DNA of 24,272 nucleotides from a virus. The notes below the pieces were generated by a model that was not told the DNA's origin, ran no database searches, and was given only the letters and a program-made list of their open reading frames with translations. The stretch lies in UHGV virus genome UHGV-0102815. One strand, 5' to 3'. Position 1 is the stretch's first letter; every line of letters begins with the position of its first letter. The position numbers and the translations under genes are program-made. This document shows, one piece after another, positions 8,434 to 17,811 of this stretch.

Positions 8434-9267
8434 TCAGCAATTGGTCAGAGTGTCAGCGGGGGCGTTACCGCCTGTTGCACGCTGGCGGTAGTCCTGGCGG
8501 CTGTCTTCATGACTCAGCTTATTCACCAGTTCGTTAAAGGCGGTTTGCTGCTCCTGCAGAGCAGTCTCCAGTTCAGACAGGCGTTCTTCCTGCTCAGACA
8601 GGGATTTTTCGGTGCGTGCGCTCAGGTTTTGCTGCTCAGTGGCGACCAGCTCCACGGCCTTATGCACATCAGAGAACCGGGCGTCATCGGACTGCTCTTT
8701 TTTGGTAAACAGCGCCGTGACGCGGGCAAACAGGGATGGTTTGTCATCCTGGACTTCTTCCAGTTCGATCACCGTTTCCTCTGCAGCGGTAAAAAGATTG
8801 GCGGGATTCTGCTTGCGGTTTGCCAGCGGGTTATGGGCTGCACAGGCGCTGAATGTCAGCATTTCCGTACCCAGACTGGCTGGATCATCAGTGGCAGCCA
8901 GGCCAACCAGGTAGGCTTTGCCCGTATCAGCAAACTTCGGGCTGACTTCCATAGAGGTGAATAATTTCTGGCCTTTTTTCACCAGCTCCACCAGAGATTC
9001 TGTTGGCTCAACGTCGGCATACAGCGCCATCTTGCCTGCCAGCGGACCTTCCGTGATTTCTTCAGCAAACAGCGCCGTCACCTTGCCGTAGCGGTTAAAG
9101 GTGCTGTCCGGCAGATAAGACTTGATGTGCTCAAGGTTAATCAGCGCGGTATACATTGCCGGGTTGTAGCTGGCTGCCATCTGTTCCAGCCATTCACGCT
9201 GGATTTCGCGTCCGTCGGTGGTGGCACCTTCCACCCCGATGCGAAAACGCTTTGCTTTCACTGTCAT
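8434..9267 (-). CDS. O: Capsid scaffolding protein gpO
   Basis: Translation ...FRIGVEGATTDGREI...INLEHIKSYLPD...YLVGLAATDDPASLGTE...ATGGNAPADTLTNC resembles P2 gpO. Confidence 0.95.
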   Translation of the reverse strand: MTVKAKRFRIGVEGATTDGREIQREWLEQMAASYNPAMYTALINLEHIKSYLPDSTFNRYGKVTALFAEEITEGPLAGKMALYADVEPTESLVELVKKGQKLFTSMEVSPKFADTGKAYLVGLAATDDPASLGTEMLTFSACAAHNPLANRKQNPANLFTAAEETVIELEEVQDDKPSLFARVTALFTKKEQSDDARFSDVHKAVELVATEQQNLSARTEKSLSEQEERLSELETALQEQQTAFNELVNKLSHEDSRQDYRQRATGGNAPADTLTNC

Positions 9268-9345
9268 GAGCCGTGCTCCGTTAGAAAAAACTTACTGGAG
9301 CCTTATGGTTGCGGTGATGGGGGCAGTGAAACAATGCGCGGTATT

Positions 9346-9363
9346 TGTACCGACAACCACACA
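9346..9363 (+). promoter_or_regulatory. Candidate late-promoter activator site (TGT-N12-ACA) in the O/P divergent region
   Basis: tgtaccgacaaccacaca lies about 50 bp upstream of the P start codon in the 142-bp O-P intergenic region. Confidence 0.4.
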
Positions 9364-9409
9364 AACCGCAGGCGGGGAAAGCCTTCATTCAAGGCTGTAG
9401 GTTTGTGCC

Positions 9410-11176
9410 ATGAACACCACACTGACACCCGCAGATCTCGATCCCCGTCGGCAGGCCATGCTGCTGTACTTTCAGGGATACCGCGTAGCCCGCATTGCTG
9501 AAATGCTGGGCGAGAAAGTTGCAACCGTTCACAGCTGGAAAAAACGCGACAAGTGGGGTGACTATGGGCCGCTGGATCAGATGCAGCTCACTACCGCCGC
9601 ACGCTACTGCCAGCTCATCATGAAGGAGCACAAAGAAGGGAAAGATTTCAAAGAGATTGACCTGCTGGCGCGCCAGTCTGAGCGCCACGCGCGGATCGGC
9701 AAGTTTAACAATGGCGGCAACGAAGCCGACTTAAACCCTAACGTCGCCAACCGCAATAAAGGCCCACGCCGTCAGCCGGAAAAGAATGTTTTCACCGATG
9801 AGCAGATTGAAAAGCTGGAAGAAATCTTCCATTCCTCCATGTTCAACTACCAGCGCCACTGGTGGGAAGCCGGAAAAACCAACCGCATCCGCAACCTGCT
9901 GAAGTCACGCCAGATCGGCGCGACCTTTTACTTTGCCCGTGAAGCCCTGATTGACGCCCTGCTTACCGGACGTAACCAGATTTTCCTTTCTGCCAGTAAG
10001 GCACAGGCCCACGTCTTCAAACAGTACATCATCGACTTTGCCAAAGAAGTGGAGGTGGAGCTGAAAGGCGATCCGATGGTGCTTCCTAACGGGGCCACGC
10101 TTTACTTCCTCGGCACCAATGCCCGCACAGCCCAGAGTTATCACGGCAACCTGTATCTGGATGAATATTTCTGGATCCCAAAATTCCAGGAGTTGCGCAA
10201 AGTGGCTTCCGGTATGGCTATTCACAAGAAATGGCGACAGACCTATTTTTCCACGCCATCCAGCCTGACACACAGTGCTTATCCGTTCTGGTCCGGTGCG
10301 CTGTTCAACCGAGGGCGCAACAAAGCCGATAAGGTGGACATCGACCTGTCCCACAGCAATCTGGCCCCCGGCCTGCTGTGCGCAGACGGGCAATACCGCC
10401 AGATAGTCACCGTGGAAGATGCGGTGCGCGGCGGCTGTAACCTGTTCGACCTCGACCAGTTGCGCATGGAGTACAGCCCGGACGAATACCAGAACCTGCT
10501 GATGTGTGAGTTCGTGGACGATCTCGCGTCCGTGTTCCCGCTCAGCGAGCTGCAGGCGTGCATGGTGGACAGTTGGGAAGTCTGGACCGACTTTCATGCA
10601 CTGGCCCTGCGCCCGTTTGGCTGGCGCGAGGTGTGGATCGGTTATGACCCGGCAAAAGGTACGCAGAACGGCGACAGCGCCGGATGCGTGGTGATGGCAC
10701 CGCCAGCCGTGCCAGGCGGTAAGTTTCGCATTCTTGAGCGTCACCAGTGGCGCGGGATGGACTTCCGCGCCCAGGCTGACGCCATCAAAAAACTGACCGA
10801 ACAGTACAACGTGACCTATATCGGCATCGACTCAACAGGTGTCGGTCACGGGGTTTACGAGAACGTGAAAGCGTTCTTTCCTGCCGTCCGGGAGTTTGTC
10901 TACAACCCCAACGTTAAAAACGCCCTGGTACTCAAAGCCTACGACATTATCAGTCACCGTCGTCTGGAGTTTGACGCCGGACACACCGACATAGCGCAGT
11001 CATTTATGGCAATCCGTCGCGCCACCACCGCCAGTGGCAACCGCCCGACCTATGAAGCCAGCCGCAGCGAAGAAGCCAGCCACGCCGATCTGGCCTGGGC
11101 AACGATGCACGCACTGTTTAACGAACCGCTGCAGGGCGAGTCCGCCAATACCAGCAATATTGTGGAGATTTTTTGA
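9410..11176 (+). CDS. P: Terminase large (ATPase) subunit gpP
   Basis: 588-aa ORF divergent from O and overlapping Q by ATGA; size and position match P2 gpP. Confidence 0.92.
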   Translation: MNTTLTPADLDPRRQAMLLYFQGYRVARIAEMLGEKVATVHSWKKRDKWGDYGPLDQMQLTTAARYCQLIMKEHKEGKDFKEIDLLARQSERHARIGKFNNGGNEADLNPNVANRNKGPRRQPEKNVFTDEQIEKLEEIFHSSMFNYQRHWWEAGKTNRIRNLLKSRQIGATFYFAREALIDALLTGRNQIFLSASKAQAHVFKQYIIDFAKEVEVELKGDPMVLPNGATLYFLGTNARTAQSYHGNLYLDEYFWIPKFQELRKVASGMAIHKKWRQTYFSTPSSLTHSAYPFWSGALFNRGRNKADKVDIDLSHSNLAPGLLCADGQYRQIVTVEDAVRGGCNLFDLDQLRMEYSPDEYQNLLMCEFVDDLASVFPLSELQACMVDSWEVWTDFHALALRPFGWREVWIGYDPAKGTQNGDSAGCVVMAPPAVPGGKFRILERHQWRGMDFRAQADAIKKLTEQYNVTYIGIDSTGVGHGVYENVKAFFPAVREFVYNPNVKNALVLKAYDIISHRRLEFDAGHTDIAQSFMAIRRATTASGNRPTYEASRSEEASHADLAWATMHALFNEPLQGESANTSNIVEIF

Positions 11177-12213
11177 TGGGAAAGAGTAAGAAAAACCGCG
11201 CTGCGGCGACGAATCAGCTCAAGCATAAAAGCCAGACTTCAGCCGAAGCATTCAGCTTCGGTGATCCCGTTCCTGTACTTGACCGCCGCGAACTGCTGGA
11301 CTATGTGGAATGCGTACAGACAGATCGCTGGTATGAGCCTCCTGTCAGCTTTGACGGACTGGCGCGCACCTTCCGCGCTGCCGTGCATCACAGTTCACCA
11401 ATTGCGGTGAAATGCAACATTCTGACCAGCACCTACATCCCTCACCCGCTGCTCAGCCAGCAGGCTTTTTCGCGTTTTGTACAGGACTATCTGGTTTTTG
11501 GTAACGCCTACCTGGAAAAACGCACGAACCGCTTCGGAGAGGTCATCGCTCTTGAGCCTGCGCTGGCAAAATACACCCGACGCGGGTTAGACCTGGATAC
11601 CTACTGGTTTGTGCAATATGGTATGACAACCCAGCCGTATCAGTTCACGAAAGGCAGCATCTTTCATCTGTTGGAACCGGACATCAACCAGGAGATCTAC
11701 GGCCTGCCCGGTTATCTTTCTGCCATTCCGTCCGCTCTGCTCAACGAGTCCGCCACGCTGTTCCGCCGGAAGTATTACATTAACGGTAGTCATGCAGGCT
11801 TCATCATGTACATGACCGATGCCGCGCAAAACCAGGAGGATGTGAACAACCTCCGCAACGCAATGAAAAGCGCCAAAGGTCCAGGCAACTTCCGCAACTT
11901 GTTTATGTACTCGCCTAACGGTAAAAAAGACGGGCTTCAGATCATCCCATTGTCAGAAGTCGCGGCGAAGGATGAATTTCTTAACATCAAGAACGTGAGT
12001 CGGGATGACATGATGGCAGCGCATCGCGTGCCGCCACAAATGATGGGGATTATGCCTAATAATGTCGGGGGGTTTGGGGATGTGGAAAAAGCCGCTCGCG
12101 TTTTTGTACGTAACGAACTGCAGCCATTGCAGAAACGTATGTGCGAACTGAACGAATGGATTGAGGAAAAAGTAATAAATTTTGAAGCGTATCAGCTCTC
12201 AATTGAGCAATAA
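11173..12213 (+). CDS. Q: Portal protein gpQ
   Basis: 346-aa ORF translationally coupled to P (ATGA overlap); size and position match P2 gpQ. Confidence 0.88.
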   Translation: MMGKSKKNRAAATNQLKHKSQTSAEAFSFGDPVPVLDRRELLDYVECVQTDRWYEPPVSFDGLARTFRAAVHHSSPIAVKCNILTSTYIPHPLLSQQAFSRFVQDYLVFGNAYLEKRTNRFGEVIALEPALAKYTRRGLDLDTYWFVQYGMTTQPYQFTKGSIFHLLEPDINQEIYGLPGYLSAIPSALLNESATLFRRKYYINGSHAGFIMYMTDAAQNQEDVNNLRNAMKSAKGPGNFRNLFMYSPNGKKDGLQIIPLSEVAAKDEFLNIKNVSRDDMMAAHRVPPQMMGIMPNNVGGFGDVEKAARVFVRNELQPLQKRMCELNEWIEEKVINFEAYQLSIEQ

Positions 12214-12245
12214 CTCTCAAATAGCTGAATAAGCCCGCAAAAGCT

Positions 12246-12271
12246 AACCTATAGATCAGGGTCTATAGGTT
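12246..12271 (-). terminator. Perfect 10-bp inverted repeat hairpin at the 3' end of the cargo operon, possibly bidirectional with Q
   Basis: aacctataga-tcaggg-tctataggtt; on the minus strand it is followed by agcTTTTgcg; the stop codon of the 215-aa cargo gene lies inside the stem. Confidence 0.45.
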
Positions 12272-12896
12272 TATGATGTAATGATACAGGATAATGCACA
12301 ACTTGATAATCCAGCTTACTTACAGTATGAAGGTGCTGACTATAAAAAACCAAGGGGTTTTTTGGGCAATCAATAATATTAACGGATTTACAAGCATGAA
12401 TCCTAGGTGCATTCTTTGATAAGAATGTTTTCCATGAATCCATCATGTCAGAACAGGAAGCGTTTTTCGTATAAATAATTAAACCACCCGAAGAGCTATT
12501 TATAGTCCCAGTACTATACCGCTCGGTAAGTTGTGCATAACCTTTAAAAAGATATAAATATGAAGAATGTTTTTTAGCTTCCCCATGCCAGATATAATCT
12601 GCAAGGGTAATAGATATATCACAATGTCCTCTCTGGTTCTTCTCGTGACTGGCTTCGAGCCCCAGATATCTATTTTCAATATACGAAAGCAAATATAGAG
12701 TTAACTGATCTTCAGAGAGATCAAAGTTAATTTTATTGCCATTTTGCTCTAATTTACTTACAGCGTAATCCAGCTCCTTTCGAACAAGACTGTTGAAATT
12801 AGAATAGGACTCCAACGCAAATTGAATCCTTTGAATGGCAAAGTGAACCTTCTGCAAATGAAAGTTTTTCTCCAAATCATCCAGACTTGTAAGCAT
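12249..12896 (-). CDS. Cargo operon gene 3: hypothetical protein, 215 aa, no confident family assignment (weak PD-(D/E)xK-like motif)
   Basis: Long ORF in AT-rich DNA; start ATG overlaps the upstream gene's stop (TAATG); segment CDISITLADYIWHGEAKK loosely resembles a nuclease D...ExK motif. Confidence 0.7.
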   Translation of the reverse strand: MLTSLDDLEKNFHLQKVHFAIQRIQFALESYSNFNSLVRKELDYAVSKLEQNGNKINFDLSEDQLTLYLLSYIENRYLGLEASHEKNQRGHCDISITLADYIWHGEAKKHSSYLYLFKGYAQLTERYSTGTINSSSGGLIIYTKNASCSDMMDSWKTFLSKNAPRIHACKSVNIIDCPKNPLVFYSQHLHTVSKLDYQVVHYPVSLHHKPIDPDL

Positions 12897-13324
12897 TAGT
12901 ACGCCCCTTCCTTTGTGAAATTAATAACTGTAAAGAAAGGAAATACATATTTTTTGTAGTCTGGCACAATCTCACCAGTATATGGATGCTCTAAACCTTG
13001 ATTATCTTCAGCATCAATCACGTCCGCAATGCTTATATTAACTGGATCGAAACCATCGTCTATAAATTGATAGTTTAATTTCAAAAAATTAACTTTTGGA
13101 TTACACAAAACTTGGATAGCCAAGTAAATATCATGCTCATCCACTTTAGCGCCCCCCTTATTCGAAATCGCTATATCAAATAAAAGGTTATAACTAATGA
13201 ATATATTAGGAGAGCGAGCTGCTAACTTTGCAAGTTTTTCATAAAACATGCACGCCAAAACTCCCACTTCTGGGCGTTCTGAGCATATGTCTTGTATAGT
13301 CTTTGCCAAGTTAGCATCCTTCAT
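12896..13324 (-). CDS. Cargo operon gene 2: hypothetical protein, 142 aa, function unknown
   Basis: ORF with CTGGAG Shine-Dalgarno 6 nt upstream of ATG 13324; AT-rich; no recognisable motif. Confidence 0.7.
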   Translation of the reverse strand: MKDANLAKTIQDICSERPEVGVLACMFYEKLAKLAARSPNIFISYNLLFDIAISNKGGAKVDEHDIYLAIQVLCNPKVNFLKLNYQFIDDGFDPVNISIADVIDAEDNQGLEHPYTGEIVPDYKKYVFPFFTVINFTKEGAY

Positions 13325-13336
13325 TTTTGTCTCCAG

Positions 13337-14443
13337 CTATAGTATCAGCTTCGTAAGCGTTTCGAAATCATCACGAGAGATACATTTACTAAGTATAGCA
13401 AAATTCACTGGTGAACCAGAGCTTCCACCAAGGTACCGTCTTAGCGTTCCTGGTATAGTAAGTTCTACATTGTCCGCTAACTGTAGTAAAGGATTTGTTC
13501 GCTCAACCCTGATGCCTATCCTATAAAGTCCGATATTGCCTACGGCTTTAATACCTTCTTGATTGAAGATATCTTGTCTCAAATCTTTAGTGGAGTCAGT
13601 TTTCCTTTCCTTATGTGTTGTCCCTTCAGGGGTAAGGAATGAAAGCTCAAAAACTTTATAATTAAGAGTTGAGTATGGTTTTTGATCTTGCTTAAAGATT
13701 GGTTCAATCAAGGGAAAGAAATCTCTTTCTTTTGATGCAAACTCAGCACCTATAATATTATAAAGTTCTCTTACTACAGTACTCTTTGCAAACAAGACGC
13801 TCTCACCTATTGTATTAATACCTGCATCTATCAAAATAGAGATAGTAGAGTTGGTCTTATTAAAAATGCACACATCAAAACATTGATGCTTTTCTTTTTT
13901 AGTAGCAATGATCTCTTCGTAGCCACTGTACTGCGGTAAACTTTTAGGCGAAATCCGCTCTCTAATTTTTTGCTCTCTAACGGAACTAAATAGAGCTAAA
14001 GCCTGATTATTGCTCTCAGAATAATGAACTAAGTTTATTTTATTCTTCCCCGACGCATTAATTTCCTGCTCAGAAAGGATTACATCTGAGGCGACAGAAG
14101 GCTGTTCAGATAAATCCCACTTTAATTTCATAGCCTTTGTTAGCGAGGAAATTATTTGGTTGTCTACTGATAAACAAAAAAAAGCTTTATCACCGTAGAC
14201 CAATTGACCAAATATTAAATTATTTACAGACCTTATGATATCATTAAATTTATTTAAATTCTTTTCCTTTAATTCTGTTAATTCTTCCAGTATTTTTCCA
14301 TGAGTAGCATCTCTACCTTTACCACGAGCTAATCCAAGAGCTGAAATAACAGGTTTTGCCACGTTCCATGGAAATCTCGTGATTAGTGTCAAAATGGATT
14401 TCATTTCTGCTTCACTAAGTACTACTGGGACATTTCCTGTCAT
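13337..14443 (-). CDS. Cargo operon gene 1: hypothetical protein, about 368 aa, with a possible trypsin-like serine-protease signature near the C-terminus
   Basis: Start placed at ATG 14443 (MTGNVPVV...); the track's longer ORF begins at GTG 14470 with no RBS; motif LGGSSGSPV resembles the GxSGxPV catalytic-serine signature of S1 peptidases. Confidence 0.7.
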   Translation of the reverse strand: MTGNVPVVLSEAEMKSILTLITRFPWNVAKPVISALGLARGKGRDATHGKILEELTELKEKNLNKFNDIIRSVNNLIFGQLVYGDKAFFCLSVDNQIISSLTKAMKLKWDLSEQPSVASDVILSEQEINASGKNKINLVHYSESNNQALALFSSVREQKIRERISPKSLPQYSGYEEIIATKKEKHQCFDVCIFNKTNSTISILIDAGINTIGESVLFAKSTVVRELYNIIGAEFASKERDFFPLIEPIFKQDQKPYSTLNYKVFELSFLTPEGTTHKERKTDSTKDLRQDIFNQEGIKAVGNIGLYRIGIRVERTNPLLQLADNVELTIPGTLRRYLGGSSGSPVNFAILSKCISRDDFETLTKLIL

Positions 14444-14586
14444 CTTAATTACCTGTTGAAATTGCAACACAAGGTCGTCTTCGGGAGATCAATGGGAGTA
14501 TTCCAATAACTTACCCAGGTATAGGAGTGCTTTCAAGTCTAAGACTATCTTCTGTCTAACAGCGCATGTTTTCATCTAAGCGCGCG

Positions 14587-14605
14587 CTCGTATCCCCGCC
14601 ACGCC
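14587..14605 (-). other. Candidate cos site (cohesive-end sequence)
   Basis: Minus strand reads GGCGTGGCGGGGATACGAG, close to the 186/P2 cohesive-end sequences as I recall them; GC-rich island between the cargo operon and the SOS operon. Confidence 0.45.
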
Positions 14606-14650
14606 TGCCCGCTTTATGTAGTGGTTTTCATGCACCTGCATGATCTACGC

Positions 14651-14675
14651 AAAAGCCCGCCAGTTCTGGCGGGCC
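14651..14675 (-). terminator. Rho-independent terminator downstream of the DinI-like gene
   Basis: GC-rich hairpin gcccgccag...ctggcgggc; the minus-strand transcript is followed by TTTTGCG. Confidence 0.55.
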
Positions 14676-14809
14676 TTAGCAAAAACGATCCTCAAACGAT
14701 CATGCGATCTCATGCGGCATAGACATGCACTACAGAGCTAACGCCTCGCAAGGGCTCGTTGTTCAACCTTGCTGACGCCAGAAGCAAGTTCAGACGCCAG
14801 CAACGTTTC

Positions 14810-15043
14810 TTAATGCAGCCAGCTGTCGTCTTCCCACACCTTCTGCATAATTTTCATCACTTGTTTTCTTTCTTCGTCCAGTTGCAGTCCGGTTAGTTCC
14901 ACACCGTTAGAGCTACCTTTGCGAATGCGAATTACCGTTTTGGGATACAGGGGGCGCAGATTGCGGTAAAGCTCGGATTCAAGGGCGTCCAGGGTAGACT
15001 GGCTAATCTTCTGCTCTTTATCGATCATTATTTCAATGCGCAT
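14810..15043 (-). CDS. DinI-family protein (Tum-like antirepressor domain), SOS-induced
   Basis: Translation from MRIEIMIDKEQ...ALESELYRNLRPLYP...QKVWEDDSWLH resembles DinI and the C-terminal part of 186 Tum; strong GAGGTGA RBS 5 nt upstream of ATG 15043. Confidence 0.8.
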   Translation of the reverse strand: MRIEIMIDKEQKISQSTLDALESELYRNLRPLYPKTVIRIRKGSSNGVELTGLQLDEERKQVMKIMQKVWEDDSWLH

Positions 15044-15053
15044 AAAAGTCACC

Positions 15054-15242
15054 TCAGCTGATGACATCCATTGAGCGGTTGTATTCGTGGGTTCTGATTT
15101 TTGCCATGAGTTCATCAGTCAATTCAGAAACCCACTGCAGAGCCAGCCCCTTCTCTTCATCACTACACTCACTAGCCGCTACAAGCTTAAGAAAAAAATC
15201 AATGCGCTGGAGCTTCAAAGACTCCAAAAAATAGTCCTGCAT
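15054..15242 (-). CDS. Small protein (62 aa), first gene of the LexA-controlled operon; possible N-terminal Tum-like partner
   Basis: ATG 15242 preceded by GGAGG with a 4-nt spacer; stop lies 10 nt before the DinI-like start; the two products together approximate 186 Tum in length. Confidence 0.55.
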   Translation of the reverse strand: MQDYFLESLKLQRIDFFLKLVAASECSDEEKGLALQWVSELTDELMAKIRTHEYNRSMDVIS

Positions 15243-15285
15243 CTTTCCTCCTATGACACCACACGCAATACTGTATGTATAACCA

Positions 15286-15301
15286 CTGTTTATATTTACA
15301 G
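15286..15301. promoter_or_regulatory. Consensus LexA box (CTGT-N8-ACAG) overlapping the -10 of the SOS operon promoter, with a second degenerate box adjacent at 15271-15286
   Basis: ctgtttatatttacag is a perfect CTGT-N8-ACAG; the minus-strand -10 TATACT (15305..15300) overlaps it; ctgtatgtataaccac lies next to it. Confidence 0.7.
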
Positions 15302-15396
15302 TATATAATAATCTTACTGATGTAAAACGTTTTTTTTACGTTCATCAGCCTGATATGCCTGGTATTATTAAGAGCACGAATTGTTAACCCGCGTAA

Positions 15397-17811
15397 TTAA
15401 TACAGGTTCCGCCACTGATCATCTTCCTGCAAACGCTGGTTCCGATAGAAGATACGCAGGCCTGCTCCTGACGGAATACTGCCTCCGCGAAGGAGTAAAT
15501 CGACCTCTTTCTCGCTGCCATCAAATCCTCTGGACTTCAGCTCATACACGAGCTGCAGTCGCTGATGGTCTGTAATTCGCTGTTTGTAGTCTTTACGCCG
15601 TTTCGGTTTCACCAGGCGTAACCTTGCTGCCAGTTCCCGACGCTCTTTTTTGCTCATACTGTGCAGGTAATCGTGCAACTCCTTGTCATCCATGCTGGTA
15701 ATGTCCGTTCTGGGGTCCCCATCTGCTGATTTATCTTTCTCCTGTTGGTTAAAATTTTCAGCAAGGGGACAGTTATTGCCACGAGTCCAAGGGGCGCAAG
15801 CGCCCTGGTCGGCTACCGCCTCCTGAACGTCAACGGCCTTACGAACCATTTTCCACTTCACTGCATGAGTGCAGATCTTGCCCTCTGAAATGGGTGACCA
15901 GATGCCATAAATACGAATACCGTGATCGCCATAGGCGGTCGGCTCTTCGTTAATTTCATAAGCGGTTCTGATAAGGTGATATTTGCGGGGAACCAGTACG
16001 CCGCCCTGCTTCATGATGTAGGTGGCAAAACAACCAGCATCAGCAGCAGCCAGGATGGCATCAAGACGCGGGTCATCCAGTACCGGCGCACCTGCTTTTT
16101 TGTCACCCGGTTGCCTTGCCGCCTGACCAGCCAGCAAGCGAAGTTCACGGTAAGCCTGACGCCCCGGAATGCCAAAGAAGCGGAATTGCTGAACACGATG
16201 CAGAGACGCCCAGGCATTAACGTATTCAGCGTTATCACGCAGGGATTTACCCGTTTCCTTGCTGATCTCGCCAGCCAGACCACGCCCGTCAATGTTCTTA
16301 CTGATGTATTTCGCGATGTAGCTTGTTGGCGTACCTTTGCGCGGGTTTATCAGCTCAGACTTAAAGCGTGGTCCCGTGTTATTACCCAGCTCCTCGCGGT
16401 CTTCACGAATGGCAAACTTACGCAACAAAGCAGTAATGGTGCGGCGATCTTTTTTGCGCATAAAACACAACAGGTGCCAGTGAACTGTACCGTCATGATG
16501 CGGCTCAGCCACCCGCACGCCATACCAGCGCAATCCGGCTTTGTGCATCGCCTTACGAAATGCAGCAAACATGCCGACCAGATAATCACTGCTTTGTCTT
16601 ACCGTCGTATTTGTCCAGGTCGGGTTGGGCCTGCCGTTATTTAGCGTGGAATGGAAACGTGACGGACAGGTGATGGTGTAGAAAACGGCGCAGTCACCGC
16701 GCATTTCCGCGATAAGCTCCAGACCTTTAACACAGGCCATCATCTCATTGCGGCGATGCGCAGGGTTGCTGCTGCTGGCGTTTACCACATCCTCCATGTC
16801 CAGCGTGTCGCCGTCTTCGTTCACCAGTTCATGAGAACGGAAAAACTCCAGCGACTTACGGCGCTGCTCACGTTTATGCATCACGGCTTCATAGCTGACA
16901 TAGGGAGATGCTTTTTTGCTGACCAGGCAAACAGCACGCAACTGCTCTTCCCGCCATTCGCAACGCATCTTCCATAATTTCCGGTACCACCAGTCGGCGC
17001 ACAACATACGCGCCAGCGAACCCGGAATGAGTTCATAGGGCACGGGTTTACGGCGGTTTCTTTTCCGGCGGAGTTGCTCAAACGCAGGCGGTATGACATC
17101 CAGTCGCAGGGTTTCCGCAGCCACCTTTTCCCATGTCTTGCGGATTTCTTCTGGCTTAACATCATCGGTGGCGTACAAATCACCACAAGCGGCATCAAGA
17201 CACATGCTCATATGCGCAGCGACAAGAGTAGACAGGCGTTTCACCTGATCCTGACTCATTTCAGGCAAGTTCAGCAGGCCGTCCAGCCCTTCATGGCTTG
17301 CCATAAAGCGAAAAGAAGTGGATAGCTGACTCTCGCGTACATGCTCCAGTCGTTCCAGACATGGCTTAATCGTCTCACGCAAATAGCGGGAATAAGCCTT
17401 TGGCCTGCCCAGGCTGCTGAAGTATTCAATACGTTGCATCAGCGGCTTGCTGATATGGGAAGGCTGGGCGTTAACGTCCGCCAGTATGACCATGTCCGGA
17501 TTAAAACGCTGCTGCTCATGCGCCAGCTTTGCCCGGCTAATGAGCTTATCCTGCTCCATTTCGCGTTGGACAGGATCACGGGATTCATTAAAGAAATAAC
17601 GCTCCCAGACCTGATCACTCAGTACCTCGAGGCGCAGTTGTTCCTGCTCGTTATCGGCAGCGTACAGAGTGATCAGGTTTGAAAGCGCAGAAACCGGCGC
17701 AACTTCCGCCGGGTCCAGATAAGGGTTAATAGCCTTTTTCGGGCTGTTCCATGAGAATGCTGCGGCGGCCTCGTTAAAGCCGCTGCAGTTGTTCATATCA
17801 GCATGGCTCAT
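15397..17811 (-). CDS. A: Replication initiation protein gpA (rolling-circle HUH endonuclease)
   Basis: 804-aa ORF containing [12 protein letters not shown] (HUH-type motif); position and size match P2/186 gene A. Confidence 0.92.
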   Translation of the reverse strand: MSHADMNNCSGFNEAAAAFSWNSPKKAINPYLDPAEVAPVSALSNLITLYAADNEQEQLRLEVLSDQVWERYFFNESRDPVQREMEQDKLISRAKLAHEQQRFNPDMVILADVNAQPSHISKPLMQRIEYFSSLGRPKAYSRYLRETIKPCLERLEHVRESQLSTSFRFMASHEGLDGLLNLPEMSQDQVKRLSTLVAAHMSMCLDAACGDLYATDDVKPEEIRKTWEKVAAETLRLDVIPPAFEQLRRKRNRRKPVPYELIPGSLARMLCADWWYRKLWKMRCEWREEQLRAVCLVSKKASPYVSYEAVMHKREQRRKSLEFFRSHELVNEDGDTLDMEDVVNASSSNPAHRRNEMMACVKGLELIAEMRGDCAVFYTITCPSRFHSTLNNGRPNPTWTNTTVRQSSDYLVGMFAAFRKAMHKAGLRWYGVRVAEPHHDGTVHWHLLCFMRKKDRRTITALLRKFAIREDREELGNNTGPRFKSELINPRKGTPTSYIAKYISKNIDGRGLAGEISKETGKSLRDNAEYVNAWASLHRVQQFRFFGIPGRQAYRELRLLAGQAARQPGDKKAGAPVLDDPRLDAILAAADAGCFATYIMKQGGVLVPRKYHLIRTAYEINEEPTAYGDHGIRIYGIWSPISEGKICTHAVKWKMVRKAVDVQEAVADQGACAPWTRGNNCPLAENFNQQEKDKSADGDPRTDITSMDDKELHDYLHSMSKKERRELAARLRLVKPKRRKDYKQRITDHQRLQLVYELKSRGFDGSEKEVDLLLRGGSIPSGAGLRIFYRNQRLQEDDQWRNLY

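Noticed and set aside
7875-8537. 220-aa plus-strand ORF
   Set aside because: Antisense to the major capsid gene N and the start of O.
9905-10744. 279-aa minus-strand ORF
   Set aside because: Antisense to terminase gene P, which has a much stronger coding signature.
14444-14470. Longer start for cargo gene 1 (GTG 14470)
   Set aside because: No Shine-Dalgarno sequence precedes it; ATG 14443 has a weak one. The choice remains uncertain.
15320-15350. A/T-only dyad (gtaaaacg-T8-acg) as the terminator for gene A
   Set aside because: The stem would be almost entirely A-U pairs and too weak for a convincing intrinsic terminator; more likely part of the AT-rich SOS promoter upstream region.
15922-16644. 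240-aa plus-strand ORF
   Set aside because: Antisense to replication gene A.
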